Assembly: GCA_964057225.1 (NCBI GenBank)
Contig: OZ059899.1
Coordinates: 16,306,001-16,370,000, forward strand
DNA: 64,000 nucleotides
Reading direction: 5' to 3'
Origin: Auanema rhodensis
Taxonomy: Eukaryota; Animalia; Nematoda
The notes beneath the pieces are model-generated. The model saw only the letters and a list, made by a program, of their open reading frames with translations, was not told where the DNA came from and searched no databases. The translations under genes were made by a program, and so were the position numbers. Positions within the stretch are counted from its first letter, which is position 1; every line of letters begins with the position of its first letter. Positions 11,542 to 26,500 of this stretch are shown here, in pieces.

Positions 11542-12424
11542 TATATCATACCTGATATGGATAACTACTTCGTAAAGGAACACAAAAAGCATTATAAAGA
11601 AAGGCTGAAGTTACAAATGCTAGCCATATCATATAGAATTTTCCTTAAAAACACTTCAAGTTTTATAGGAAATCACGAAAAACTCAGACCATATTGATGA
11701 ATACTTTCAGGTAAAGGATTACATCTTCTACGTGTTTCATCTGAAACATCAGCTGTTTTCTGAAAATAAGAAAATAAATTGAATAATATCATCAAAATTA
11801 ATAAGAAAAACATTAATTGTTTCTTGTTATGTCATCTTGGTTCTGATGTTTCAAGAGTCAAATATTCATACCTGTAAACCAATTAAAGACATTAAACTTG
11901 GTCTTTTCTCATCTTTTGGAACAACTGAACTAATTATTGAAAGATTATCATCTGGTGTTTCTTTTAGCAATGTGTCTCGTACTGTAGATGTACGACGTTG
12001 AACCTTAATAAGCACGAAATAGGAGGTTGACGAAGAAAAAAAAGAAGAAGAACCGTACCTCTTTCGCTAATACATGCAATCTCTCCTTCATTATGAATGA
12101 TATTTGGGAGCTGACATCAAAATCACTGTTAAAGCTACTGCTCATCATGGAAGCACGTCGGTATGATATGTTAGCATCATCTAGTTCATCTGAACCTCAT
12201 AAGCTATTAAAAGAAGTTTTGTATTTACCTATGGGAAGTCCATCTTCATCTTCCACCTGAATAGCAATTTGTGCTGGTGGTTGTTGGATCTTAGGAATAC
12301 TCGGTGCGCGAGCTGAAGCCTGAGCTCTGAAAAAAGTACAATCAGTAACTTTAGCTGGAAAAGAGGTCAATGAAGTACTAGACTTACGAGTCAATTGAAA
12401 ATCTAGGACTGAAGTCATCATCAT
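9258..12424 (-). CDS. tax-2: Cyclic nucleotide-gated channel beta subunit (multi-exon)
   Basis: Spliced peptides include [11 protein letters not shown]|[26 protein letters not shown]|[20 protein letters not shown] and [25 protein letters not shown]. The CNBD reads [10 protein letters not shown]...GSVFGEI|[13 protein letters not shown]. An acidic tail ends at stop 9260-9258. Confidence 0.9.
11477..11538. repeat. (TA)n microsatellite in a tax-2 intron
   Basis: About 30 TA units. Confidence 0.95.
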
Positions 12425-12502
12425 CTAATCGTTGAGGTTGTGATTGTTTCTACAATTATGAACATTAGCAGGGAAATTACAATGAGTCAAACTTGAATTT
12501 TA

Positions 12503-12546
12503 TCTCCCTCTCTCTTCCCATCTCTCTCTCTCTCTCTCTCTCTCTC
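12503..12546. repeat. (CT/GA)n tract just upstream of the tax-2 start
   Basis: Interrupted tctc run. Confidence 0.85.
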
Positions 12547-14501
12547 GTCTTATTGATGTCTGTACCAACTTACGTAAGTTAGGATAGATTTAACAGCACT
12601 CCAATGTTTTTTCGGGGCAAATGCAACTTTTTTAGTTTTACCTCCAATTTTACTCATTAACTTTCTAGAACTTGCAGTTTTTGTGAAAATTTAGGTTAAA
12701 TTAAGGTTAACTGAGAGTTTTTTTTAAATATTACAAAAAATAAAAGAATTTCGATAATGAAAAAAGTTCTAATGAAAGAGAAGTCATTGAAGTGGAAATG
12801 AACGTTGAAGCCAAGATATTTTTTCAATTTTCTTTGATCAAAAATTTAAAGAATTTTCAAAAATTATACAACGAAAAGTACTCATAATGAGCATAACGTT
12901 GTGGTTTTCAATTAGTTATCCATTCATAACAAATGAAATCAAAGCATATTATCAAACATATAGTTTAGTATAAAGATGAATGCCATAGAAATTTAGAAAA
13001 GAATATTTCTTTGTACCTGTAACTCTCAATATCAATTGAAATATTTGCTATTTATATACAATAGGTTAATCTATTCTCTTTATAAATCTAAATGTTGAGA
13101 TTAGACACCAAAATATAGAAATTGAGGAACATATAGAAGATAAACAGCAACTACATTATTTTTGTCTTTCACTTCGTACGAAATAGCCTCATTTATTATC
13201 TGCTCTGCAATTATTTTCTTTGTTTTCATAACTTCTTCAAAAGATAGTGGTGATTTTCAAAACAGTTTAACTATGTCCAATGCTTATGAGTATCAAAACA
13301 AACTTTAATTTTTCATTTCTGGCTTTATCGTCTTTGAGCGTAACTTTCTTACTTATTTTTATTTTGTAGCTACTTCCTCACTATCGAGTGTGGTGCTTAT
13401 TTATTAAAATTATATATTATATTAACTAATATATTATATTTTATAATATTTCCTTTAAATTGTATATAATATTTTATAACCTTATATCATTTACTTTATT
13501 TTTTTTCATTATTTTACCATATTCATCCATAAATTATTAAGTTAATTAGCATATCAAAACGTCATGCATCTGTACGCTTTGGTAATAAGAGCTCATTTTC
13601 ATGTTTTTTTCTCTCACGAGCGGTTGCATTTAACGATCAAAAATATTAAGAAAACTAATCTGTTATTTGTATTGTATAACTCAAGAGAATTTAAAATATT
13701 TTCTCACTTTAATACAATTTGATATTTTAACTTACGTGGCTATTAACTATCATAAAACGTCGATAACGTATACGTTTATCCATTTCGTTTTCAGGATCAC
13801 CCATTATTTTCCTATAACAAACTAATTTTATCAAATAAGTATCAATGCTAATTATTAAGTATATTTCTAACAAATATAAATATTCTGATGATTATTATAC
13901 AATGGCTTGTTTCAGAGAATATAAGTAACTAATGAAGCAACTAATGAAGCAGATACATCATCGAAAAGACATGTTCAATGACTCAACTAATTGACAATGA
14001 AAATAAAAAAAAACCAAATGTCACACTTGGAGCTAAATTGTATAATTAGAATAACGTTAAGTATCACAAAAGGATAATGACAATCATATAGCTATGGTTA
14101 CTAGGTGATGAACATGAACATCATCGCCAGCCTTCACGCTATCCTCTTTAGTCGATCAATATGCGAGAGACGGGTTGAAATCTATGATAACAGATTAGAG
14201 TAGATAAAGGAAATCTATCTATATTCTTCCGCTTATAATATTAAATGAGCTGGATAATGTTCGCGGCATATTCTCATATTATTTGTCAGCTAATTGTGAC
14301 TTGAATTTTTTGTCATATTAGGTTACTCTGTGACAGATACAAAGGAACTATATTCAAAGATAAAATTTATTATTCAAATTATTAACCAACAACATTTCTC
14401 AGAATATTTTTGTGCAATTGGAAAAAAAAAACAAAAATAATTAAATATATTAATAAAACCGGTTATCATTAGAATAATTATAATTTCATAAAGCGTATAA
14501 T

Positions 14502-17500
14502 TTAGTTTTTGAACCTTGTAGCTGAGGAAGGTCTGGCAATTTTAGACTCTAAAAAATAAAAAAAATATTAGAGACTTACAAAGAAATGAAACTGACCTCC
14601 AATACTAACATCACTTGGTGCTCTTTCATGTTTATGTGGGAACATTGGTACACTTTTCTCACTTTTCTCGCGGATTTTCATTATGGGACCGGGAATTCCA
14701 GAAAATTCTCCGGAACGAGCATGTCGATTCTTTGTAAAAGCTCTTATAGTATCTACAGCATGAGATGGAGCTACATCTTTATATAATAAGTTGATGTTTA
14801 ATCGACCTACAATTACAAGATGAAAGATGATTGTAGAGAAAACACTAATACCTTTGGCTCTGCAAGGATCATGCTTGCCTAAAAATTCTTCTAATGATTC
14901 CCATCCTCCACCAACACGGACCATAACAGTTGACCGGAGGATACGAACCATACGTTTAATTTGAGTGTCACCAAACTGAAATCTTGAAATCAGAACAAGA
15001 AGTCTAATTTAATAATCTTACTCGATAGTGGCCATCGCTAATCTTCTCGATAACATATGGTTTACAGCAGCTACAAGCTTTGCTCTGTCTTGAGATTTCT
15101 TCATTAATTTTCTGATTCTCCGTTATAGGTTCACGAACACGCTGAAGAACAGGAGCATTGAGTATTATATTTGGATTTGCAGGAATAGGTTCTTCGGTTA
15201 AGATCAGATTCACAAGGATGAGCAAAATTATGAGAAAGAATATTTCCAAAATATCCTCCATGTTCATTCAAAATTTGAAAATGTTTAAACAAGTGATAAT
15301 GTTTGCTAAGCAAGTATATTTGAAGAAAATAAAAATGAAATAAAGATGGCATATAAACGCATAAACATACGTTTGCTAGATCAAATCGAAGAGCATTGAT
15401 AAACTGTTTAGATTCAATAAGCCCATCTCCTTTATCAAATAAGTTAGCTACTTTTTCCATTTCCAACCTTGATGTTGGGAATCCTGTAAAATTTGCTAAA
15501 CTCAGAAAGATAGACTTATTTGGAAACTTACTACTGGCAATGATGGCATCAATAAAAATATTTCGAGGTACTCTACCCGTATGTGATCTATCTATACGTC
15601 GGAAAAGATCAGTTACACGAGCCTAGAAATTAAATGTTATGATTAAATGGAGATAGATTTGAAAACATACCTTTCCGTGATCGTTGAACTCAACATAACG
15701 CTCCTTCCATTCTTCCCATTTCCATCCTTCTAGACGTTTCAATTCCTTCAGAAGTTCGTGTTGTTTATCTAAGGCAGCTTGATGGCCCATTGATTCAAGC
15801 CATAACTGTTTCCAGTCGGCTGATAGCTGTTCTGCCACAGGGTTTCTGAAAGAAAAAATTATACACAGTTAACTCAAGAAATATTGGTAATACCTGATGT
15901 TCTTTCTGACTGATTTTGTAGCATTTTCAATATCTGGCTGTCTTTCGCGTAAATCAAAGTCCAGATGTTCGTGGTCTTTTTGCATACAATCAAGCTGTAA
16001 ATCTAAGTGGTTATGAATAGGTTAAAAAAACACCAACCGTTTCCAGGTCACTTGGTAGGGGAACCGATGTCATGCTATTCAAATCATCACGTTTAGAGGA
16101 AACAAAATCTCGCAACTCTTTCAGCTTTTCATCAAGATCTTTCTCGTTTTGCTCTTCTTCAAGAAGGTGGAATTCACGGTCTCCAATTTTTTCTTGGATT
16201 TCGTTCCAACGTACACCAACAACTTTCAGCCAGTGTTTTACGTTTTGATCAGCTTTTGGATGACACTTAGAACGAATATCTTGTCCTTGAGCAAGAACAG
16301 ATTCCTTTTTAGGTGTTTGTTTATCCATCTCATCCTTGATGTCATTAATACCAGCAAGAGCAGCGGAAATTTCAACCACAGGCTTCTAAAATAATAATTG
16401 AAAAATACACAATCCTTCTAAAGATAATTAATACTTTCAACTTATTCTCGGCAGCAGCTAACCAATCGAGGATTTCATGAGCATTCTGATCAAATTCAGC
16501 AGCAATCTTTTCAGCATCATCAATAGAAGCGGCGCGTTTGCGAGCAGCTTCATCCAATTCAGCCCATTTCTCTTGAAGACGATTGGCTGATTCTTGAACT
16601 GCTGGAGCTTCTTCTACACCTTTATCCAATAATTCCTTCGACTGTAAATAATAAATGAGATAAGAGCAAATTTATATAAAAATACTTTTTTCAATACAGA
16701 ATCTACTCCTTGGCGTTTGGCTTTTCTCTCGGCAGCACGATTTGCTTCAGCTTCCTTCAGTTGACGAACAGTCTCTAGATCTCCATAAACCTTATCATTA
16801 TCATCAGAGTTAAATCTTGACATTTCATCATCAATCCATTGCTCTAATTTCTGCATGGCTTCATCGAATGCACCTCCTTCTATAACAGCTTGTTCAGCAT
16901 CTCGTTGTTTGTCGAGACAGAGGGATGTTAATGATTTCCATCTCTTGGTTAATCCATTATTTCTATAAAATCTTTTATATGAACAGAGTGAAACGTTAAG
17001 CATACCTTGTATTAATGATCTTAGCTTCAGCCTTTGGAGCATGGTCAGCTAAAGTTTGTCCACGTTTCTTAGTAATATCATACTGAGGTTGACGTTCCGC
17101 TAATTCTTGTTGTATTTCTACAACATTCTCCAATTGGAGCTTCAACCGATCTACACTGCTGGTTGAGGGTGATTCTTCAGCCAATCTGCCTTCAACATCA
17201 TCAATCCAATTTTCAAGAGATTCTACTCCGGAGATCCAAGTTCGTGCTTCTTCAGCAGCAATGGTTAATTGCTGGAACAAACATGATAAATAGAAATATC
17301 TAACGTTTTAAAATATTTATTTACCTTTCCTCTGTCAGTATTTCGTGAAAGAACTTTTTCGAATCGATGTTTCAATGTTACAAGCTTGTTCTTAATAGGA
17401 ATACCATCCTTTGCTTCACAATAATATTGAAGACGAGTTCCAGTTGCTCGAAGATCAGCAACGATCTGTTTTCTGAAACAAATTATTCATTAATCTAACA

Positions 17501-20500
17501 GAACACATACGATTAGTACGTACCTTTCATTAACTTCATCAGTAAATTGATCATGACTTTCCAATTGGCTTTCCAGGACTTCAAGAATTCGACTAACAGG
17601 CGGAAGAGCGGTAAGCTTTTTCTCAGAGTACACCAACCAGGCGTCACATTCAATCATAGCATCATGAAGAGCAACAGCTTCATTCAATGCTACTTGAAGT
17701 TTTTTCTCTCGATCAACACACAATTCCTATAAAATCTCATTGAATATTGAACATATTTAAGATTTACTAACCTTAACTCTGGCCCATTTTGATTTCATCT
17801 GAACATAGTTTCTACCAATCCACGATTCGTGATCATTTCCGTGCTCAGCAAGGTACATCTCAGTTTTTCGTAGATACTCATCAAGTGAGGGACTGTTTTG
17901 TTCAACCTCAGCTTTCAGAACACGGAAATCGTCGAATTGTACTTCAGCAGTTTCTGGAAGTCCTCCAGGTGGTTTTGTTGTTGAGAGTTGAGGCTCAATA
18001 TCTTGAAGCCAACTAAGCCATCTTTCCAATTCGCCACCTACATTCTCAGCTTCTCCTCTTGCCTGAACACAACAACGTGAAAGGAATATACTTTAAGAAA
18101 AAACCTTTTCAAGTTGATTAGTTAACGTATATAAATCATTTTGAAGTTCTTTCCATTTATAATTCATAGAATCCATTTTAGCAGCAATTTCAGAATCAGA
18201 TTCTTCTTTAAGAAGATGCTGTGCAGCAGAATTCAGGGTTGTAACTCTGAAAGAACAAATAAAGTCGTTATGATTATGAATAAATGCCCTTATATAGTTA
18301 TGCAAACAAACATAAAGCATTCAAAATACTTCCAGCTTACCTTTGTTCATGAGAATGTACATCATTCTTAATAACAGCCAGTTTACAAAGTTTGATTTCC
18401 ACTTGTCTTAGGTTAGTAGCTCCACCTTCCTTCAACTCAGATAAAGATTCTCGAGTGTTGTCAATCCAAGAAATTAATTGATCAGCAGCATCAGATAGAC
18501 GTCCCATTTGCAACAAAGCTTTCTCAATCTAAAATTCCCAGTATACCATCGAATGCTGACATCGTAGCTCACCTTGTGTTCGCGATCAGCCAAAGCAGCA
18601 TACAGTCTTGCCCATCTAGCATTAAGATCACTAATTGGTTGACGAACCGCAGCAGCATGAAGAGATGAAGCTCCGTTAGCTAACTGAGCAGCAGTTTGTG
18701 CAAGTTGTTCTTTGACAAGTGCATGCTTATCAACGTCATTTTTGAACTGATGCAATGATTCCATCTCAATTGGTATTTCATCAATCTGAATTCACATATT
18801 TTCATTATTACTTACAAGCATTTAAAGAACCTTTAGATTATCAGCAGGTGGTAAGCTTTGAACATATCGTTCAGCCCGATCCAACCATTCCAACAGACCA
18901 GACAAATCACCATGGAATGACATAGCTTCATCCATAGCAGCAATCAAGTCTCTGTATAGATAGAAAATAGATTCATTGATATCAAAATATGGAATACCTA
19001 TTTTTCTCAGCAAAGAGCATTGTGATTGTGCTCCAATTTTCTTGAACTGCATCTACTTGGGCTTTCACAATGACTTGCTCCTCGGGTGGAATGACATCTG
19101 ATAGCGCGTTTCCAGCCTATAATGAAATTGTAAACATAGGTCAACTAATATCTATAATCGGATTTTTACAGATACACCTTCTTCAGAAGTGTTCAAGATA
19201 AAAATAAAACTTACACCACGTAAAGCCAAGATTCTTGGTCCAGTTGTAGACATAGCACCAGCTACATTACTCATGACAGCTTGCTGTTGTTGAATCTGCT
19301 CGGGTTGACCAGTAGCTGGTTCAACACAATCCAAGCGGACACGTAAGTCATCAACAGCTTTTTGACATATATCTAATTCACTCCAGAAAGTTTTTGCTTT
19401 CTCTAAGACATCTTTCAGGAAACTTCCGCGCAAGGCAGCTTCCTCTTCGATATCGCGCCACAACTTTTCAAGGCGTTCAAGCTTGTTTACAACTTCCTGA
19501 GCAGCAATGTCACCTAAATTCAGTACGTTTATGAGGTAGGTTGTAACATTCTAACCTTGTGGGGCATTAGCAAGCAATTCGGAAGCGCTTTCTTTCAAAG
19601 CAGCGTAAGTTCCTTCCTTGTCTCTCAGGCTTTCAAGAACAGCCATATTTTCGGCTAACTTGGCTTCAAGAACATTAGGATCAGCAGAGATCGAAGTGTT
19701 TTCACGGAGCTTATCAGCAGCGCCTTGGAGGTTTTCGACAAACTTCTCCAAGCGCTCACCAAATCCACTGGTGGCCTCGAAAATACTATCAAGAACTTGA
19801 CCACGCTTCCTTGCTGCGTCAAAAACTTCGTGGTATCTGTGAATGATAATATTAAACGTTTCAAGCGTGAAAACTCACTTCAAAACAATTTCATCAGCAA
19901 GTTCTCCTAACTTTCCGCCTTCGTGCTCAGAACAAAGCTCTTGCATAGCCTTAACATCAGACTGGAAGCGATCAACCAATGGCTTGTAAGCAGAGAGAGC
20001 ACCAATAAGTTCCTAAAACACTGTATACACAAAATATCTGAAACAAATTCACTCACTGAGTTGTGATCATGCATTCGACGTAATTCATTAGATGGAGTTA
20101 TAGTAAGGATTTCAGGAGCACATCTGAGCTCATCATCAATATGATCGATTGCAGAAGACAATTCATCAAATTCGGAAGTGAGCTGAGCTAACAGAGCAAC
20201 TGCTTGTTCAAGGCATTCAGTACGATCCATACAGAAGGAAGATACATCATCAACTAATTTCCGGCCATATTCACATTTCTCATTAATGGCAGCAAAACTT
20301 GGATTTTCCGCACCATCAGGACCAAGCTGTCGAATAACTTTCTTAGCTTCACTGATAAGTTCACGAAGTTTTGTTTTATTAGATGTTACATCTTCGTTCA
20401 TGATCTTTTGGTTCTTGAGCTGGATTTTAACGAATTCAGGATCGATAGATGGAGGTTGAGCTGTGACAATACGTTCACTAGCATCTTGAAGCCATTCAAT

Positions 20501-23500
20501 AATGAACTCCAGTTCATCCAAAACTTCTCTCGATTGTCTTTCAGTTAGATCTAGTCTCTCAGCTCTTCGGGCAACCTAAAATTATAAATGTTTATAGTTA
20601 TAGCGAATTAAACTATACCTTGTTAGCAATTTCGTGTACTCTTTTATTCATTTCAGCTGTATTCAGGTATAATTCTTCCGCTCGTTCAGGACTGCATAAA
20701 GCTTGAAGTTGACTAGAAACAGCCACAAGCTCGTCTACTTCAGGCCTAGAGCGAGCAACATCTTCTTCGATGGTGAAAATTAACTGAAACTTCATCGATA
20801 AACAATATAAAGATACAAAAACATACATGAGCTTGAGTTTCAACATCAGTGTCATCAACATTAAGCAGATCTTCTTCAACAGCTTCCACCCATTGCATTA
20901 CAGAATCAAAACCTTGATGGAACCGTTCTGATAAAGGTATAGCTTTTTCAATAGCAGCTAACTTGTCATCAGCAGAAGACATTAACGCTTGGTATCTAAA
21001 ATTTTGGAATAAAATAATAAGATTATAGAGATAATAGAGTTACAACCTCATTTTCAAGTTGTTCAAACGGTTTTGAACAAGAACAGCATCGTCAGGACTA
21101 GCATTTGAGCATAAGACCTGTCCCACCATTATAACGCCCAGAACCATTTTTTCATAGCCCGTTATGCTTTCAGCTAGATCCTATAAAATTTACAGCGTTA
21201 TAAAATAAACAATAAGGTTATAACCGAAAGTAAGTTGCATTGTTCTAACAGATCGTCAGGCTCAATAGCAAGTTCTTCCATTTCAGCCAGCCTGCCTTCA
21301 GTTTCGTTGATCCATTTGAAAAGTTCATTAGTATCCTTAATAGGATTTGTTTATTTAAACTATAGATATGAGGTTAAGCTTACATGATCGAAATCTTCTA
21401 CTTGTATGGCAACATCATTTAGCATTTCCTTCATATCATCAACTCTGCTTTCCAGCGATTCGAAACGACCTTTGAGTTGATTAGCATCCTTTTCAAGCTG
21501 AGCAGCATCGTCCACATTCACCAAAGCTCGAAGAACAGGCACAATCTTAAAATGTTATTATTGAAATGTGTTGTATTCTATATGAAACTCACAGCCGAAA
21601 TAGTGTTCAAATCAGCTGATCTTGTTTCCACTTCATCAGCAATTTGTTGATGGGTCTCCAATTTTTCGCGCATTCTTTCTGGATCCGTGGGAATCACTGC
21701 TAATGATTGAACAGATTTCTCAGCCTTGACAAAAAAATGAAAGAATCGAGGTTTGATTAAATGAATACCTTTCCGAGCCAGTTTTCTAATGGGGCAACGC
21801 ATTCAGTTAGGCGTTCGGCAAGATCAACTGCTTCCATAAGCGAGCCTTGCTTATCTTGTGCACCTTCCAAAAGATCATTGTATCTGAAGTGCACCACCTT
21901 ATTAAATGAAAACAAAATAATTGCTTACCTTTTGCGAACTGATTCTTCTTTCTGTTTCAAAGCAGACTTTTCATCGGTAGTTGAAGCCATATCCATAATC
22001 TTCCCCATTAGAACAGAGAATCCATTAACACTAGCTTCCTTTTCTTCGATAAACTTCAGTAGAACATCGTAGGCTTGAAGTTGAGCTTTAGCAACTTTGC
22101 CGTCAGGTGAGGGTTTCTTCTGATTTTTCAAAATATCTTCGGTTTCATCAAGCCAATTAAGCAAGCCCTTGTGAGCATCTTCATATCTGTACACAAAATG
22201 ATGCAGTTTAGAGTTTAGTTATAATAATAACGTACCGTCCCATTTGTTGTACAGCCGTATCAACATTTAACTCTCGGTCAGCAACTGAAGCTTGCAAAGC
22301 AGACCAGGATCCAGAAATTTGCTCAAGAGAGGCACTCTGAAATAAAGACGTTCACAATTTGATACTTCTAGGATATAAGAATACCAGTTCAGATGTATCA
22401 GCATCAGGGCCAGCTGACCTGATCAAAACTTTACATTCGGAAGCCAGATTATCAACCTTAAAGAGCAAAAATGAAATATGGATTAGACATTGTATAACCT
22501 TGTCTCCTAAAGGCTTCAACAAATTTCTCAATTCCTTTAACTTTTGAGCATTTTTTTGTGGATCAGAAACATCAACTTGCAAAGTTAAAGCATCAGAATT
22601 TCTCAACTCATTGAGTTCGGACTGTAATTTATCCGCTTCCCTAGAAAACAACAAAGTGGTTGCATATCACAACGAAATTTTATAAACTTACTTTCCAATT
22701 TTATCTACTTCCTCGCATGTTTCGGAGATTTTCTGAGCTCGTTGCGTTAATTTCTTGGAAGAACGGCCGAGAAGCTGCAATACACATTGATTATATCATA
22801 TTTCCAAATATCTTTGTTAATAGAAATTGTTCCTTGATAAAAAGTAAACAGCACCTCATAATATACTAAAGGAAGAACTAGCATAGCCATATTTTTAGAT
22901 TATGAATTGAATAGACATGTTTAGCCAGATACGGTATAGCATGTTTTAATTATAAAATCAAATTTAAATAGATAAAAAATAAAAATAAAAAATAGAGGAT
23001 TGATGGGTAAAGGGATATAAGAAATGGCTCCAGTATCTTGCCAAATTCTCAGTCTCAACAAACTTTGCTGTCGTTATCGGCGCTACTAACTTTATCTCAG
23101 CATGTGAGGTAGTAAATGTGATCCTTTAAGAAGGAGTCAGAAGGGATATGCGCCTACTATGATAAAGAAACAGAAGCACTAAAGTGAGAGGGTTTAAGAG
23201 ATAGAAACGTGGACGAAGATAACTGCGAGAAGATAGAAAGCTAAAAGAAATAGACGATGGAATGCTAACTGTTCTGTGACTCTCAGTCCTATTATCTCTC
23301 TCGCTTATTTACCTACACGGCTCAGAACACAGCTGATCTGATGTAAGGCTTTTTGTTTTCCTCTCTCATTCTTCTATTATCTTACTCTTAATCTAAATTC
23401 AGAGTAAACATTGCAAAATGTCTCTTTATAAAAGTAAAGCTTCTAGGTATAAGTGTAAGAATCTTAGTATAATACTGATTGCTAATCATTCAAAATTTAA

Positions 23501-26500
23501 AAAAAATGAAACTTACTTTCTTTGCATTGTCGATGGCTGTGCGATTAGCCTCAAAAGCTGGCTGGCTGACCACATTTTGATCGTAAGCATCTTTCCAATG
23601 GCATAATAGTTCATCAATCGCTTTTTCCTTATCTTTCACAATTGCTAATAGCTCATCACAATCTGATTTTTGTCTGGCGAGCTCCTTTTTGCTCCGTCCT
23701 ACGGGATCAAGATCACTAACCTCCTGAAAAATTGAAAATATGTTAACCAATTTTTTTCCACAAACCGTATGTACTCCACTAATTTCATTTACAAGTTTGG
23801 ATGTTTTTTCTTGAGCAGCATCGGCAGCCGACTGTTTGTCACTCAATTTCTTTTCAAAGTCACGTAGTAGTTGTAACAACTCTGTGAAATCTCGGTTTAG
23901 GTCAGAAAATCGAGCATCAACAAAGCTTGAATCAAAATCAGATGTCACCTGAAAACAGATAAAAACACAATAACAAAGAGTTTTAATTTTCATTCTTACG
24001 GATTTTGCATCGTCAATGCAAAGATTGATTTCTCGAATTTTACGACTCCAGTATGAATCTACTTCGTTCAATTCTTAAGAATTAAATCAATTAAATTAAT
24101 AATATCAGTAACAATTGTTCTTACTAGAATGAATTCTATCCAAAGACTTGCTTTGATCGTTTTCATCGGAGAAAATTTCTTTTTCTGAAGAGACAAACTG
24201 TTGAGCTTCATCGAAAAGACGATTAAGTTTATTGTTGACATCCAGCTGTAATTTCAGGTTTAGCTACTAATGAGTGAATATATATCTACCCCCTTCTGAG
24301 CATTCAGAGCGGCTAGCTTAGCTTTCTTCGCTAGCATATTGCAATCATCAATCAGATTATCAACCTTTCTTCTCATTTTGTTAGCGTCTGGGCCAGGAGC
24401 AGCAGTATCAATACGGTTAACAATACCAGACAAAGCTTCTCCATCTGCCATACGACGACCAAGAACATTCTCCATCATTGATAACGAATCACTTATTGTG
24501 GATTTATCGTTGGAATTGATAATAGCCAGCATCTGACAAATAAAAAAATATACAGACGTTATGACAAATTAAATATACTTCTTTCTCATCTTCCTTCAAA
24601 CGTTTACTCAAAGAGCCTTCATGTTCAGCAAAGGATCTAACTAACTCGGAAACTTTTCCGAGCAAATTTCGACGGTCCTTAATGTTAGATAAAAGAGGAT
24701 TCCAGATCTTGTGCAGCTCATCTAGCTTGTTTTTCAAAGCTGGGTCATGATTTCTCTTCAATTGATCGGAGACCTTGGCCCTTAATATGAAGGCAATTCA
24801 AATTATAACGGTGAAACTATATACTTGATCAATGAGACATCCCCTTCCATGGACATAACTTTTGAATAGATAGCGTCAATATTTTCTGTTTCTTCACTGA
24901 GCTTTCCCGCATCTGCACTGATAGGTTGTGCTTCTTTTATTTCTGTGTCAGCATTTCTAGCCACATCTAAGAGTTGATCTAAACTATCTTCCAAAGAATT
25001 TCCTTCATCTCTGGCGGAAATGGCAGCCTTTTTAACATTCTCAATTTTATTCTCAATCTAAATTAAATAATTATTTTAAGATCTTTTGGAATATGCTTAC
25101 TTCTTCTGCTCGTTTTTTCACATTATCAACTTCTTCACAAATATCAGCTTTATTTCCAGGGTCAATTTCAAGTTCGTCAGACTGTTCTACAAGCGTTCCC
25201 ATCTTACGTACCAGTTCATCAAGACCAGAGAATTGTTGCTTCAAGCCATCAAGGACCTAAAATAGATTAGTAATAAAGCCATCGTAATGATAATAAATAA
25301 AAAAAAATAGATGTTAAAGTATACCGTAAGCTGTTGGCAGATTTCTGATGGGTGAAGATTCGTTGCCTTCTCAAGTCCACTTTCTAGCTCTTCAATACGG
25401 TGTTTTATTTCTTTCTGAGTTGCTTTGATGTCTTTTCCTAGAGCTTCGGCCTTTTCAACGCCAGCTTGTTTGTCACAAATGTCCTGCTCAAGAGAAATCC
25501 AACGTTGTTCGAGATTAGATACCTAAAATAGAAATATACGTTTTCATTGATACAGTATATAAATACTTTTGAAAGCAAAGGCTCATCCTGAGGGTTTTCG
25601 AAGTTGGCAGCTAACTTGTTCTTAATACCGCTCAGTTTATCAAGGATTGATTTTTCATTTTCAGCTTCAGCTTTCAACAATTCAAGTTGTCCTCTTTGAG
25701 AACGTGCAAGAGCAGCTTCTGTAGATGGTGCTCCTATTACATCTAGCATACGTCCTTTGCTTCCAATGAACTTATCTAATTGAGCAATACCATCAATTAA
25801 TAATTCGGCTTGAGAGTTCTTTTGACGTGAAGCTAAAGCATATACTGATTATTTAATAAAAATTGATGAAAAACTCACTTTGAATAGCTTCACCCAAATC
25901 TGTCCAGTTATTTGCTAACTCATCATCGATGTTTTTAAGATTGTTGCATTCTTCATCCATACTGGAAGTTCTAGCCAATTCTCTTGAGTTTAGACGAGTC
26001 TTTAATATTAATCACTATTTAATACACTTAATAGAACAAAAATACCTCTTCAGCATTTCTTTGTTCTTGTCGGACTAATTTTTCTACTCGGTCCAGCTGA
26101 TCGAAAACACTTTTTAGTTCTTCTTTGTCATTTGGTAAAGCTTGATTCTTCTATAAGCATATGACTTTAGTTCATAATGTACGATATTCAACTCACAATC
26201 AATTTATTCTGAGCGATCATAAAATTTCTCAAGTTGTGTTGCTTGTCTTCAAGCTCAACAGCTTTCTTTTCATTCCCGTTAATCTTGTCCATTCTGTTTC
26301 TTAAAGCATCAGCTTGGCCATTGTATCGGGCTACAAGATCCATTACATGACGAGGTGTGATGCTGTTACGACTTCCAGCTTCGCCCTCGCACAATTTCAT
26401 AGCAAAGCTTTCCAATTCCTCTAATTGCAACAATCCTGAAAAAAAATATCCTTGAAGATTTCTTTCGATTGTTACCTTCACGGTGCTCATCGGTAAGTCC

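Noticed and set aside
11443-11697. ORF with a YIYIYI run
   Set aside because: It is the translation of an intronic (TA)n microsatellite, antisense to tax-2.
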